Shown one piece after another: positions 7,468 through 20,955 of a stretch of DNA of 24,000 nucleotides (position 1 is the first letter of the stretch; each line of letters begins with the position of its first letter). This DNA comes from Actinoplanes sp. NPDC049265 (GTDB taxonomy: Bacteria > Actinomycetota > Actinomycetes > Mycobacteriales > Micromonosporaceae). Location of the stretch: assembly GCF_043197135.1 (NCBI RefSeq), contig NZ_JBICSP010000016.1, forward strand, positions 77,425-101,424. The letters run 5' to 3'. Under the pieces are notes generated by a model that ran no database searches, was not told where the DNA came from, and saw only the letters and a list, made by a program, of their open reading frames with translations. A program made the position numbers and the translations under genes.

Positions 7468-8598
7468 ATGCGACGCCTCATCGTTGTCTCGGCGGTCGGC
7501 GCCCTCGCCCTCGCCGGTTGCGGCGGCACCTCGGACGAGCCGGCCGCCGGTGGCGAGAAGGGCGGCCCGATCACGGTCGCCGCCAACGACACCGCCTGCG
7601 AGATCGCCCGGGGCTCGGCCGACGCCGGGACCAGCGTCTTCAACGTCACCAACAAGGGCCAGAAGGTCACCGAGTTCTACGTGTACGCGCCCGGCGACCG
7701 AGTGATGGGCGAGGTTGAGAACATCGCCCCCGGGCTCTCCCGTGAGCTGCACGTCGAGCTGCCGGCCGGGTCGTACGAGACCGCCTGCAAGCCGGGCATG
7801 ATCGGCAAGGGCATCCGGGCCGCGTTCACCGTCTCGGGCTCGTCGGCCCCGCTGACCGACGACGCCGCCCTGGCCGCGGCCACCGACAGCTACGCGCGGT
7901 ACGTGAAGAGCCAGACCGACGCCCTGCAGACCAAGACCGAGGAGTTCGTCACCGCGGTCAAGGCCGGCGATGTCGACAAGGCCAGGGCGCTGTTCCCGGT
8001 CGCCCGCACCTACTGGGAGCGGATCGAGCCGGTGGCCGAGATCTTCGGTGACCTGGACCCGCGGATCGACGGCCGCGAGGAGGTCACCGAGGAGGGCATG
8101 AAGTTCGGTGGCTTCCACCGCATCGAGAAGGACCTGTGGGCGGCCAAGCCCGACATCTCCTCCGACGGCCCGATCGCGGATCAGCTGCTGACCGACGTCA
8201 AGGAGATCGTGACCAAGGCCCAGGCCGAGAAGCTGTCCCCCCTGCAGCTCGCCAACGGCGCCAAGGGCCTGCTCGACGAGGTCGCCTCGGGCAAGATCAC
8301 CGGCGAGGAGGACCGCTACTCGCACACCGACCTGTGGGACTTCAACGCCAACGTGGAAGGTTCCAAGGCGGCCATCGCGGCCCTGCGCCCGGTGCTCGAG
8401 GAACGCGACGCGGCCCTGGTCAAGACCCTGGACACCGAGTTCACCAACGTCGACACCGCGCTGGCCAAGCACCGCGCCGGGGATGGCTGGAAGCTGCACA
8501 ACCAGCTGACCCAGGCCGACCTCAAGGAACTCTCGGACGCCATCAACGCCCTGGCCGAGCCGATCAGCAAGGTCGCCGCGGTGGTGTCGAAGAAATGA
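7468..8598 (+). CDS. efeO: EfeO-type iron uptake lipoprotein (N-terminal cupredoxin-like domain plus imelysin/M75-like domain)
   Basis: ATG 7468 is preceded by AGGAGAG. There is a signal peptide with lipobox (LALAGCGG) and a GGFHRIEKDLW (HxxE) motif. It lies between efeU and efeB. Confidence 0.85.
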   Translation: MRRLIVVSAVGALALAGCGGTSDEPAAGGEKGGPITVAANDTACEIARGSADAGTSVFNVTNKGQKVTEFYVYAPGDRVMGEVENIAPGLSRELHVELPAGSYETACKPGMIGKGIRAAFTVSGSSAPLTDDAALAAATDSYARYVKSQTDALQTKTEEFVTAVKAGDVDKARALFPVARTYWERIEPVAEIFGDLDPRIDGREEVTEEGMKFGGFHRIEKDLWAAKPDISSDGPIADQLLTDVKEIVTKAQAEKLSPLQLANGAKGLLDEVASGKITGEEDRYSHTDLWDFNANVEGSKAAIAALRPVLEERDAALVKTLDTEFTNVDTALAKHRAGDGWKLHNQLTQADLKELSDAINALAEPISKVAAVVSKK

Positions 8599-9854
8599 CC
8601 GACCAGCAGGGCGTCTCCCGCCGGCGAGCGATCGCGCTCGCCGGCGCCGGCGTGGCCGGGATCACCGGTGCCGCCGCCGTCGGTGGTGCCTTCCTGGCTC
8701 AGCGCGAGGAGACACCCGGCCCGGACGCGACCGGCGCGATCCCGTTCGACGGCGCGCACCAGGCCGGTATCACCACAGCCGCGCAGGACCGGCTGCACTT
8801 CGTCGCCTTCGACGTCATCACCAAGGACCGCGACCGCCTGGTCCAGATGCTCAAGGACTGGACCGCGGCGGCCCGCCGGATGACCGCCGGGCAGGACGCC
8901 GGGCCGGTCGGGGCGATGAACGGGATCGCCGAGGCGCCGCCGGACGACACCGGTGAGGCGTCCGGGCTGCCGCCGTCCGGGCTGACCGTCACCGTCGGGT
9001 TCGGGCCGTCGGTGTTCGACCGGTTCGGCCTGCGCGCCAAGCGACCGGCCGCCCTGGTCGACCTGCCCAAGTTCACCGGCGACGCGCTCGAGGCGGCCAT
9101 CTCCGGTGGCGACATCGGGGTGCAGGCGTGCGCCAACGACCCGCAGGTGGCCGTGCACGCCATCCGCAACCTGGCCCGGATCGGGATGGGCGTGGTCAGC
9201 GTGCGGTGGTCGCAGCTCGGCTTCGGGCGTACCTCGTCGACCTCGAAGGCCCAGGCCACCCCGCGCAACCTGTTCGGGTTCAAGGACGGCACCCAGAACA
9301 TCAAGGCCGAAGAGGCCGACCTGCTCCGCGACCACGTCTGGGTGCAGGACGGCGACGGACCGGACTGGATGACCGGCGGCTCCTACCTGGTCACCCGCAA
9401 GATCCGGATGCTGATCGAGACCTGGGACCGCTCGTCGCTGGCCGAGCAGGAGGCCATCGTCGGCCGGCACAAGGGCAGCGGCGCGCCGATCGGCCAGGCC
9501 GGCGAGTTCGACGAGATCAACCTGACCGCCCAGGACGATCAGGGCGAACCGCTGGTGGCCGAGACCGCGCACGTCCGGCTGGCCCACCACTCGGCCAACA
9601 ACGGCGCCCGGATGCTTCGCCGCGGCTACAACTTCGTCGACGGCTCGGACGGGCTCGGGCGGCTCAACGCGGGACTGTTCTTCATGGCGTACCAGCGCGA
9701 CCCTCGTAAGTCGTTCATCCCGGTGCAACGAAGTCTGGCCGCGCGGGACGACATGAACGAGTATCTGCGGCACGTCTCCAGCGCCGTCTTCGCCTGCCCG
9801 CCCGGCCTGACCAGCGCCGCTGACTACTGGGGAAGCGGCCTCTTCGCGGCATGA
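8595..9854 (+). CDS. efeB: Tat-exported Dyp-type peroxidase / deferrochelatase EfeB
   Basis: ATG 8595 overlaps the efeO stop (ATGA). There is a twin-arginine signal (SRRRAIALAGAG), a DyP GXXDG-region (FGFKDGTQN) and the C-terminal FFMAYQRD segment. Confidence 0.9.
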   Translation: MTDQQGVSRRRAIALAGAGVAGITGAAAVGGAFLAQREETPGPDATGAIPFDGAHQAGITTAAQDRLHFVAFDVITKDRDRLVQMLKDWTAAARRMTAGQDAGPVGAMNGIAEAPPDDTGEASGLPPSGLTVTVGFGPSVFDRFGLRAKRPAALVDLPKFTGDALEAAISGGDIGVQACANDPQVAVHAIRNLARIGMGVVSVRWSQLGFGRTSSTSKAQATPRNLFGFKDGTQNIKAEEADLLRDHVWVQDGDGPDWMTGGSYLVTRKIRMLIETWDRSSLAEQEAIVGRHKGSGAPIGQAGEFDEINLTAQDDQGEPLVAETAHVRLAHHSANNGARMLRRGYNFVDGSDGLGRLNAGLFFMAYQRDPRKSFIPVQRSLAARDDMNEYLRHVSSAVFACPPGLTSAADYWGSGLFAA

Positions 9855-9896
9855 TCGACCCCCGGGTACCACGCCGCTGGAGGAGACAGTGCAATA

Positions 9897-10595
9897 TTGG
9901 ACCGCATGAGAGCCCGTGTCCTCGTTGTCGATGACGATCCGGCGCTCGCGGAGATGCTCGGCATCGTCCTGCGCAGCGAGGGATTCCTGCCGTCGTTCGT
10001 GGCCGATGGCGAGCGTGCGCTCGCCGCGTTCCGCGAGAGCCGTCCGGACATCGTGCTGCTCGACCTGATGTTGCCGGGCATGAGCGGCATTGACGTGGCC
10101 CGGGCCATCCGCACCGAGTCGGGCATCCCGATCGTCATGCTGACCGCCAAGAGCGACACCGTCGACGTGGTGCTCGGCCTCGAGTCCGGCGCCGACGACT
10201 ACGTGGTCAAGCCGTTCAAGCCCAAGGAGCTGGTCGCCCGGATGCGGGCCCGCCTGCGCCGGGGCGAGGACGCCGCGCCCGAGATGCTGACCATCGGGCC
10301 GCCCGGCAACCAGATCACCATCGACGTGCCGGCGCACACCGTCTCGCGGGACGGCGCCGAGGTGAAGCTCACGCCGCTGGAGTTCGACCTGCTGGTCGCC
10401 CTGGCCCGCAAGCCGCGCCAGGTGTTCACCCGCGAGGTGCTGCTGGAGCAGGTCTGGGGCTACCGCCACGCCGCCGACACCCGGCTGGTCAACGTGCACG
10501 TCCAGCGCCTCCGGGCCAAGATCGAGCCCGATCCGGAACGCCCCGAGATCATCCTCACCGTCCGTGGGGTCGGCTACAAGGCCGGCACGGGGTGA
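9897..10595 (+). CDS. mtrA: OmpR-family response regulator MtrA
   Basis: Near-colinear identity, from memory, with M. tuberculosis MtrA: MDxMRxRxLVVDDD...VLLDLMLPGM.GIDV...IVMLTAK.DTVDVVLGLESGADDY..KPFKPKELVAR.RARLRR...LTPLEFDLLVALARKPRQVFTR.VLLEQVWGYRH.ADTRLVNVHVQRLRAK. TTG start at 9897. Confidence 0.95.
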   Translation: MDRMRARVLVVDDDPALAEMLGIVLRSEGFLPSFVADGERALAAFRESRPDIVLLDLMLPGMSGIDVARAIRTESGIPIVMLTAKSDTVDVVLGLESGADDYVVKPFKPKELVARMRARLRRGEDAAPEMLTIGPPGNQITIDVPAHTVSRDGAEVKLTPLEFDLLVALARKPRQVFTREVLLEQVWGYRHAADTRLVNVHVQRLRAKIEPDPERPEIILTVRGVGYKAGTG

Positions 10596-10624
10596 CCCTT
10601 CCGGGGCGCTAATGTTGCCTCGCT

Positions 10625-12288
10625 ATGCGCGCTCCTAGCTGGCTTCCGATGCCCGTTCGCCGCACCCTGCGGGTGGTGCGGCGTTACTGGCGTGTGTTCC
10701 TGCGCCGGCTCCGGGTGTTCCTCGCGCCGGCCCGTCGCCAGTGGCGCCGCTCGCTGCAGCTGCGCGTCGTGGCCATCACCCTGGTCGCGTCCAGCCTGCT
10801 GGTCGGCGCGTTCGGCTGGCTGGTGGCCTACCGCAGCGCCGACATCCTGCTCGACCGGGCCCAGGACGAGGTCCTCTCCCAGGGCCGCAACAAGCGCGCG
10901 GTGGCCCAGGAACAGCTCAGCGTGCACGTCTCGGCCGTCGACGCCACGCTCTCCCGCACGCTCAACGAGACGATCAACCTGCTGGCCGACGGCGACCCCT
11001 CGGCCAGCAGCGGCGCGGTCGTCTCGATCCAGTCCAGCCACTTCGCCACCATCCGCCCGGTCATCTCGGCCAACCTCGACACCGCCGAGCTGATCACCCC
11101 CGAGATGGTCCAGGAGGTGGGCGGCAACAGCGCCGAGGCCACCCAGATTCGCACCGCGCGGGTCGACGGCGTCGAGACCAAATTCCTGGTGTACGGGACC
11201 CCGGTGCCGACCAACTTCGGCCACCTCGAGCTCTACTACCTGGTGCCGCTGACCACCGAGGACCAGGCCGCCAACGAGATCCGGGCCACCGTGCTGGCCA
11301 CCGGCGCCGCGCTGGTGCTGCTCCTCGGCGTGGTGGCCGCCCTGGTCACCCGCATGGTGGTGACCCCGGTGCGGGTGGCCGCCCGGACCGCCCAGCGGCT
11401 CTCGGCCGGCCTGCTCGACCAGCGGATGAAGGTGAGCGGCGAGGACGACCTGGCCCTGCTGGCCGCCTCGTTCAACCAGATGGCGGCCAACCTGCAGCGG
11501 CAGATCGTCCGGCTCGAAGAGATGTCCCGCCTGCAGCGGCGGTTCACCTCCGACGTGTCGCACGAGCTGCGGACACCGCTGACCACCGTACGCATGGCCG
11601 CCGATCTGATCTTCTCCGAGCGCGAGGAGTTCGATCCGGCCGTGGCCCGCAGCGCCGAGCTGCTGCAGGCCGAGCTCGACCGCTTCGAGAGCCTGCTCAC
11701 CGACCTGCTCGAGATCAGCCGCTTCGACGCCGGCTTCGCCGCCCTGGACGCCGAGCACGCCGATGTCACGCCGATCGTCGAGCGGGTCGCCGAGGGCCTG
11801 GCCGGCCTGGCCGAACGGGTCGGCGTCACGGTCGAGCTGCGCCTGCCGGAGAGCCCGGTGATCGCCGAGATCGACCCGCGCCGGGTCGAGCGGGTGCTGC
11901 GCAACCTGGTCGGCAACGCGGTCGAGCACGCCGAGGGCAGACCGGTGCTGGTCACCGTGGCCAGCGACGACGCCGCGGTGGCGATCACCGTGCGCGACCA
12001 CGGGGTGGGCCTCAAGCCGGGGGAGGAGCGGCTGGTGTTCAACCGGTTCTGGCGGGCCGACCCGTCCCGTGCGCGGCAGACCGGCGGCACCGGCCTGGGC
12101 CTGTCGATCAGCGTCGAGGACGCCCGGCTGCACGGCGGCTGGCTGGAGGCGTGGGGTGCGCCGGGCGAGGGCTCCCAGTTCCGGCTGACCCTGCCCGTCC
12201 GGGCCGGTGACCGGCTGGTGGCCGCGCCGCTGCCGCTGATCCCGCGCGACCGTGAGCTGCCGCCGTCCGAACCGGCGGAGGTGACCCG

Positions 12289-12292
<4 letters not shown>
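10625..12292 (+). CDS. mtrB: Sensor histidine kinase MtrB
   Basis: It has two TM segments, a HAMP region, an H-box (FTSDVSHELRTPLT) and N/G boxes (LRNLVGNAVEHA, GGTGLGLSI). It lies directly downstream of mtrA, and its stop overlaps the lpqB start (GTGA 12289-12292). Confidence 0.92.
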
Positions 12293-14312
<2,020 letters not shown>

Positions 14313-14316
<4 letters not shown>

Positions 14317-15101
14317 GCGTTCTGCGCGAGCTGGCCGACCTGGTCCTGCCGGGCGGGTGTGCCGGCTGCGGCGCCGAGCGGGTGCCGTTGCGGCACGGCG
14401 CCTGTGCGACCTGCGTGGCCGAGGTGGAACAGCTCCGGCCCGGCGTGGCCACGCCGGAGCCACCGCCGCCCGGGATGCCGCGGTGCGTGGCCGCCGGCAC
14501 CTACGGCGGGGCGGTGCGCGGGATGCTGCTGGCCTACAAGGAGCACGGGCGGCACGCCCTGGCCCGGCCGCTGGGCGCCGTTCTGGCCGCGGCGGTGGCC
14601 GAGGTGGCGCCGGCACGGCCGGGGCCGTTGCTGGTCGTACCCGTGCCGTCGACCGTGGCCGCGCAGCGTGAGCGCCTCGGTGATCACATGGCGCGACTGG
14701 CCACCCACGCGGTGCGGCGTCTGCGCCGGTCCGGGTGGGACGCCGCAATGGCGCAACCGTTACGTGCGGCGCCGCGGCCTGACTCCGCGTCACTGGGCGT
14801 GTCGGCACGGCGAGTGGCGGCTGAGAATTCCCTGCGAATCCGGAAAACCCGAATCGCCGTTCCGACCCGCCGGACCACGATGAGGAGCACCCTGGTGGTC
14901 GTGGACGACATCGTCACCACCGGGGCCACGCTGGCCGTCGTCACGGCCCGGCTGGAGGAGGCGAACATGCAGGTGACAGGAGCTGCGGTCATCGCCGCCA
15001 CCCGGCTGCGCCGGACCCCGCCGCCCCGGACCGCCGGCCGTCCGCCCCGTGGCGGGGCCGGGACCTCGCGCCATGCGGGTGGTTCCCCGAACGAGGGGTG
15101 A
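14313..15101 (+). CDS. ComF-family / phosphoribosyltransferase-domain protein (Rv3242c-type)
   Basis: There is an N-terminal Cys cluster (LPGGCAGCG...CATC), LLAYKEHGRHALARPLG, and a PRPP-binding loop (VVVDDIVTTGATL). The putative TTG start at 14313 overlaps the lpqB stop, but the exact start is uncertain. Confidence 0.75.
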
Positions 15102-15220
15102 CGTGCGGGCGTCGGCAGGTTAGCGTCGTCATGACCAGGGTAGGTCTCTGCTCCTACCCACTACCCGAAACGAGGTTTCTCCGCAGTCACGTTCTGAACC
15201 AACGTTGGGGGAGGTCACGA

Positions 15221-15847
15221 GTGGACATTGTCGTCAAGGGCCGCAACGTAGAGGTTCCCGAGCATTACCGGGAACATGTCGCCGAGAAGCTGAGCAAGGT
15301 CGAACGATACGACCAGAAGCTGATCAGGGCCGACGTGGAACTCTTCCACGAACGCAACCCGCGGCAGTCAGAAAAGTGTCAGCGCGTCGAGATCACGGTC
15401 ATGACCAGGGGTCCCGTGGTTCGCGCGGAAGCATGTGCGAAAGACTTCTACTCAGCCCTGGACTGCGCCATCAGCAAGCTGGACGCCCGGTTGCGCCGCG
15501 CCGCCGACCGCAGACGCGTCCACCGTGGGCGTCACGCCCCTGTCTCGGTGGCCGCCGCTACCGCCGGCCTGCCCACCGACCTGCCGAGCTTCGAGCCGCC
15601 CGCCCAAGAGGCGGAGCCGACGCTCGCCGCCGCGCTCGTGGAACACGATGACACGCAGCCGTGGCGCATCGTCCGGGAAAAGGAGCACCCCGCCGACCCG
15701 ATGACCGTGGACGACGCCCTCTTCCAGATGGAGCTGGTCGGCCACGACTTCTACCTGTTCCACGACAAGGAGAGCGGCCGGCCCAGCGTCGTCTACCGCC
15801 GTCGCGGCTACGACTACGGCATCATCTCCTTGGAACAGACCGGCTGA
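15221..15847 (+). CDS. hpf: Ribosome hibernation promoting factor, long form (HPF/RaiA family)
   Basis: GTG 15221 is preceded by GGGGGAGG. The N-terminal sigma-54-modulation/S30EA domain reads VDIVVKGRNVEVPEHYREHVAEKLSKVERY... The C-terminal dimerisation domain reads IVREK.H...PMTVDDALFQMELVGHDFYLF.D...G.PSVVYRR.GYDYG.I. Confidence 0.9.
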   Translation: MDIVVKGRNVEVPEHYREHVAEKLSKVERYDQKLIRADVELFHERNPRQSEKCQRVEITVMTRGPVVRAEACAKDFYSALDCAISKLDARLRRAADRRRVHRGRHAPVSVAAATAGLPTDLPSFEPPAQEAEPTLAAALVEHDDTQPWRIVREKEHPADPMTVDDALFQMELVGHDFYLFHDKESGRPSVVYRRRGYDYGIISLEQTG

Positions 15848-15871
15848 TTTCGCCGCCGCCATGATGACGCG

Positions 15872-15913
15872 CGGTGTGCCGCCGTCCGCCTGGTGTGCGG
15901 ACGCGGCACACCG
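15872..15913. terminator. Bidirectional terminator-like hairpin between convergent hpf and the GNAT gene
   Basis: CGGTGTGCCGCCGTCCGC - loop - GCGGACGCGGCACACCG forms a ~17-bp stem with one bulged C and a 7-nt loop. It was read directly from the sequence and has no clear U-tract. Confidence 0.55.
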
Positions 15914-15970
15914 GTTACCCGGCGAGACGCGTGGAGCGGTGCATTTCGTCGACGATCAGCCCGCTCCGCC

Positions 15971-17023
15971 CTAACCGACGGCGGCGTTCAGGACGTCCCG
16001 AGGTAACAGGACGAACTGGATGTCATCCTGGCGGGTGCCGTTGATGCCGGGCAGCCGCGAGAGCATCAGGCCCTCGGGGCGGAAACCGGCCCTGATCAGC
16101 ACCCGCTGGGAACCCACGTTGGTCGGCATCGTGCCCGCGATCAGGCGGGCGATACCGGTCTCGGCGAACGCCCACAGCGAGAGCAGCCGGGCCGCCCGGG
16201 TGGCGTAGCCCTTGCCGCGCCACTCCGGCATCAGGCTGTACCCGATCATCGCCTGACCGGTGCTGGGCTCCTGATTGAACAGGCCCATCCCGCCGGTCGG
16301 CGTGCCGGTGGCCGTGTCGACGACGACCAGGTCGACGCGGATGCCGGCCAGCCAGTAGGCCTCCGCCGTGGTGCACCGCAACCGGCTCTTCTCCGCCGAC
16401 GGCGTCACCGGCGGCACAGTCGTCGCCACCACGTCGGGCACCGTGTGCAGGGCCATGTAAAAGGCGAGGTCCGCCGCACCGAGCGGGCGCAGCGTCACCA
16501 CGCCGTCGGTCAGCTCGCCACCGGGGAAGTCGGGCAGCAGCCGGGGCACCGGGCCGGGCGGGTCGCCGGCCACCCGGGCGTGCACGACCGCGTCCTGGCG
16601 GGCGCCGGTGCCGTCGCTCAGGGCGCTGCGGCGTACGCCCTCACGCTGGAACCCGGCCGCCATCGCCACCCGCTGGGCGATGGCGTCGGGCCAGGACGCG
16701 AGCAGTTCCAGCCGGGACCAGCCGCCGTCGGTGCAGGCCCAGTCGCCCAGGGCGGTCAGGGCGGCGGTGGCGACGCCGCGGCGGCGGTCGTCCGGGCGTA
16801 CCCAGAAGAAGGTCTCGGTCTGGCCGCGGGACGCGTCGCGGTGATCGAGCGCGATGGCGCCCAGCAGGCGATCGGTCTGCGGATCGGCGATCGCCCAGGC
16901 CCCCGCGCCGGTCGCGCCCCAGCGGCCGGCCGGTTCGTCCCAGCCGTCGATCAGCTCGGGCAGCTCGGCCTCGGCGAGCGGACGGAGGCGTACCCCATCG
17001 CCATTGATTTCTCGAACACTCAC
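15971..17023 (-). CDS. GNAT-family N-acetyltransferase with two tandem acetyltransferase domains (RimJ/RimL-like)
   Basis: Two repeated halves each carry a GNAT core (…WVRPDDRRRGVATAAL..L..WA…; …SLMPEWRGKGYATRAARLLSLWAF…). The GTG start at 17023 is preferred over the 17200 ORF start because the upstream part is Arg/Gly junk; the start remains uncertain. Confidence 0.75.
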   Translation of the reverse strand: MSVREINGDGVRLRPLAEAELPELIDGWDEPAGRWGATGAGAWAIADPQTDRLLGAIALDHRDASRGQTETFFWVRPDDRRRGVATAALTALGDWACTDGGWSRLELLASWPDAIAQRVAMAAGFQREGVRRSALSDGTGARQDAVVHARVAGDPPGPVPRLLPDFPGGELTDGVVTLRPLGAADLAFYMALHTVPDVVATTVPPVTPSAEKSRLRCTTAEAYWLAGIRVDLVVVDTATGTPTGGMGLFNQEPSTGQAMIGYSLMPEWRGKGYATRAARLLSLWAFAETGIARLIAGTMPTNVGSQRVLIRAGFRPEGLMLSRLPGINGTRQDDIQFVLLPRDVLNAAVG

Positions 17024-17340
17024 GCCGCGACCGCCTCGTTCGTCGTCACCATCGAACCACCCCACAGTCGTAACGGCTGCCGTCCGGCGAAGGGACTGCC
17101 TCGGGCAGCCTTCCACGGTCGAGCGGCCTTTTCGGCGACCCGCCGCGCCCGTCCCGGCCTGCCTCCGCCATCCTGCTCGCGGCCGCGTACGGCGCGCCAA
17201 CCGAAATTCCCGGCTCAGCTTTCAGCGAACTGACAGCGTGGTTTCGCACCTTTTGCGCGGTTAACCGAGGGCTCGGCTCACGCCCGGTGCGATGAGACGC
17301 CTACCATGGTTCGGCAGACTGTTTAGGGGAGCGCTGACCC

Positions 17341-20250
<2,910 letters not shown>

Positions 20251-20259
20251 CAGTTCCGC

Positions 20260-20307
20260 GAGCCGCCCCGCCGAGCCACCCGATCGGGTGGCTCGGCGGG
20301 GCGGCTC
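20260..20307 (+). terminator. Perfect 48-bp palindrome (24-bp arms) 10 nt after the secA stop; likely the secA terminator
   Basis: GAGCCGCCCCGCCGAGCCACCCGA | TCGGGTGGCTCGGCGGGGCGGCTC. I verified arm-by-arm complementarity by hand. There is no T-tract downstream. Confidence 0.6.
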
Positions 20308-20309
20308 TG

Positions 20310-20625
20310 GCTCGGGTGGGTCTCGGCCGGCCGTTCCGGCGACCCCCTATCGGGTCGTTTCGGCGGGCTGTTCCGGGCGACCCGCGTCGGTCGCCTCCGC
20401 CGGGTTGCCTTTGGGCGTCCGCGGGCTGCTCTGGGCGTTCTGTCAGGCCGCCTCAGCAGGCTGCTTCCTCGTCAACCTGGCCGGGGCGATTCGGTCGGCT
20501 CCTCGGGGCGACCTTGGCGGGATGGTCTGGTTGATTTCGGCGGGTTGTTCCGGGCGGGTGTTCCTGGCGGGGTGGTCCGGCTGATTTCGGCGAGTTGTTT
20601 CCGGACGTGTGCTCCCGGTGGGTCG
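20310..20625. repeat. Degenerate dispersed/tandem repeats (core ~GATTTCGGCGRGTTGTTYCGG, clearest at 20532-20552 and 20582-20602; weaker copies from ~20320)
   Basis: Read by eye. The plus strand is G/T/C-rich with very few A, and there is no protein-like ORF. Confidence 0.6.
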
Positions 20626-20711
20626 CCTGACGGCCCGTCGAGGCGGCCTGTGGGGCCCGCCCAGCCGTGTCCGCCCAGCCGCGTCCACCGGCCTTCAGGT
20701 AGCACTAGCGA

Positions 20712-20745
20712 CAGCAGCGCCCGGCCGTTTGGCCGGGCGCTGCTG
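20712..20745. other. 15-bp perfect GC hairpin (CAGCAGCGCCCGGCC-GTTT-GGCCGGGCGCTGCTG)
   Basis: Read directly from the sequence. It lies 210 bp downstream of the stop of the minus-strand Rv3235-family gene and has no U-tract on either strand. Confidence 0.6.
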
Positions 20746-20955
20746 CCTTACTTGGCGTCGGGTGTCGCGCATGGCTTGTTCTGCGGATCGCCATGCGCGC
20801 CCGGTCCCCTTCACGGTCCGCTCGCCGTTACGAACCGTTCCGGGCTTCCCGACGCCACCCGCGCCGGCGCGGCCATCGGGCGGTAGCCGCACCGTGCGGT
20901 GGTTGAGACCCAGAACCTCCGCCGCCCAAGTGCACGGCGGCCGCCCCGGGCGCGT

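Noticed and set aside
8316-10499. 727-aa minus-strand ORF antisense to efeB and mtrA
   Set aside because: It lies entirely opposite two confidently identified genes. The translation is Arg/Gly/Pro/Asp-rich with no recognisable domain, which is the typical stop-codon-poor antisense frame of a high-GC genome.
10574-12133. 519-aa minus-strand ORF antisense to mtrB (plus 10741-12210+ in an alternative frame)
   Set aside because: MtrB motifs (H-box, N/G boxes) are all in the 10625 frame, and the others are compositional artefacts.
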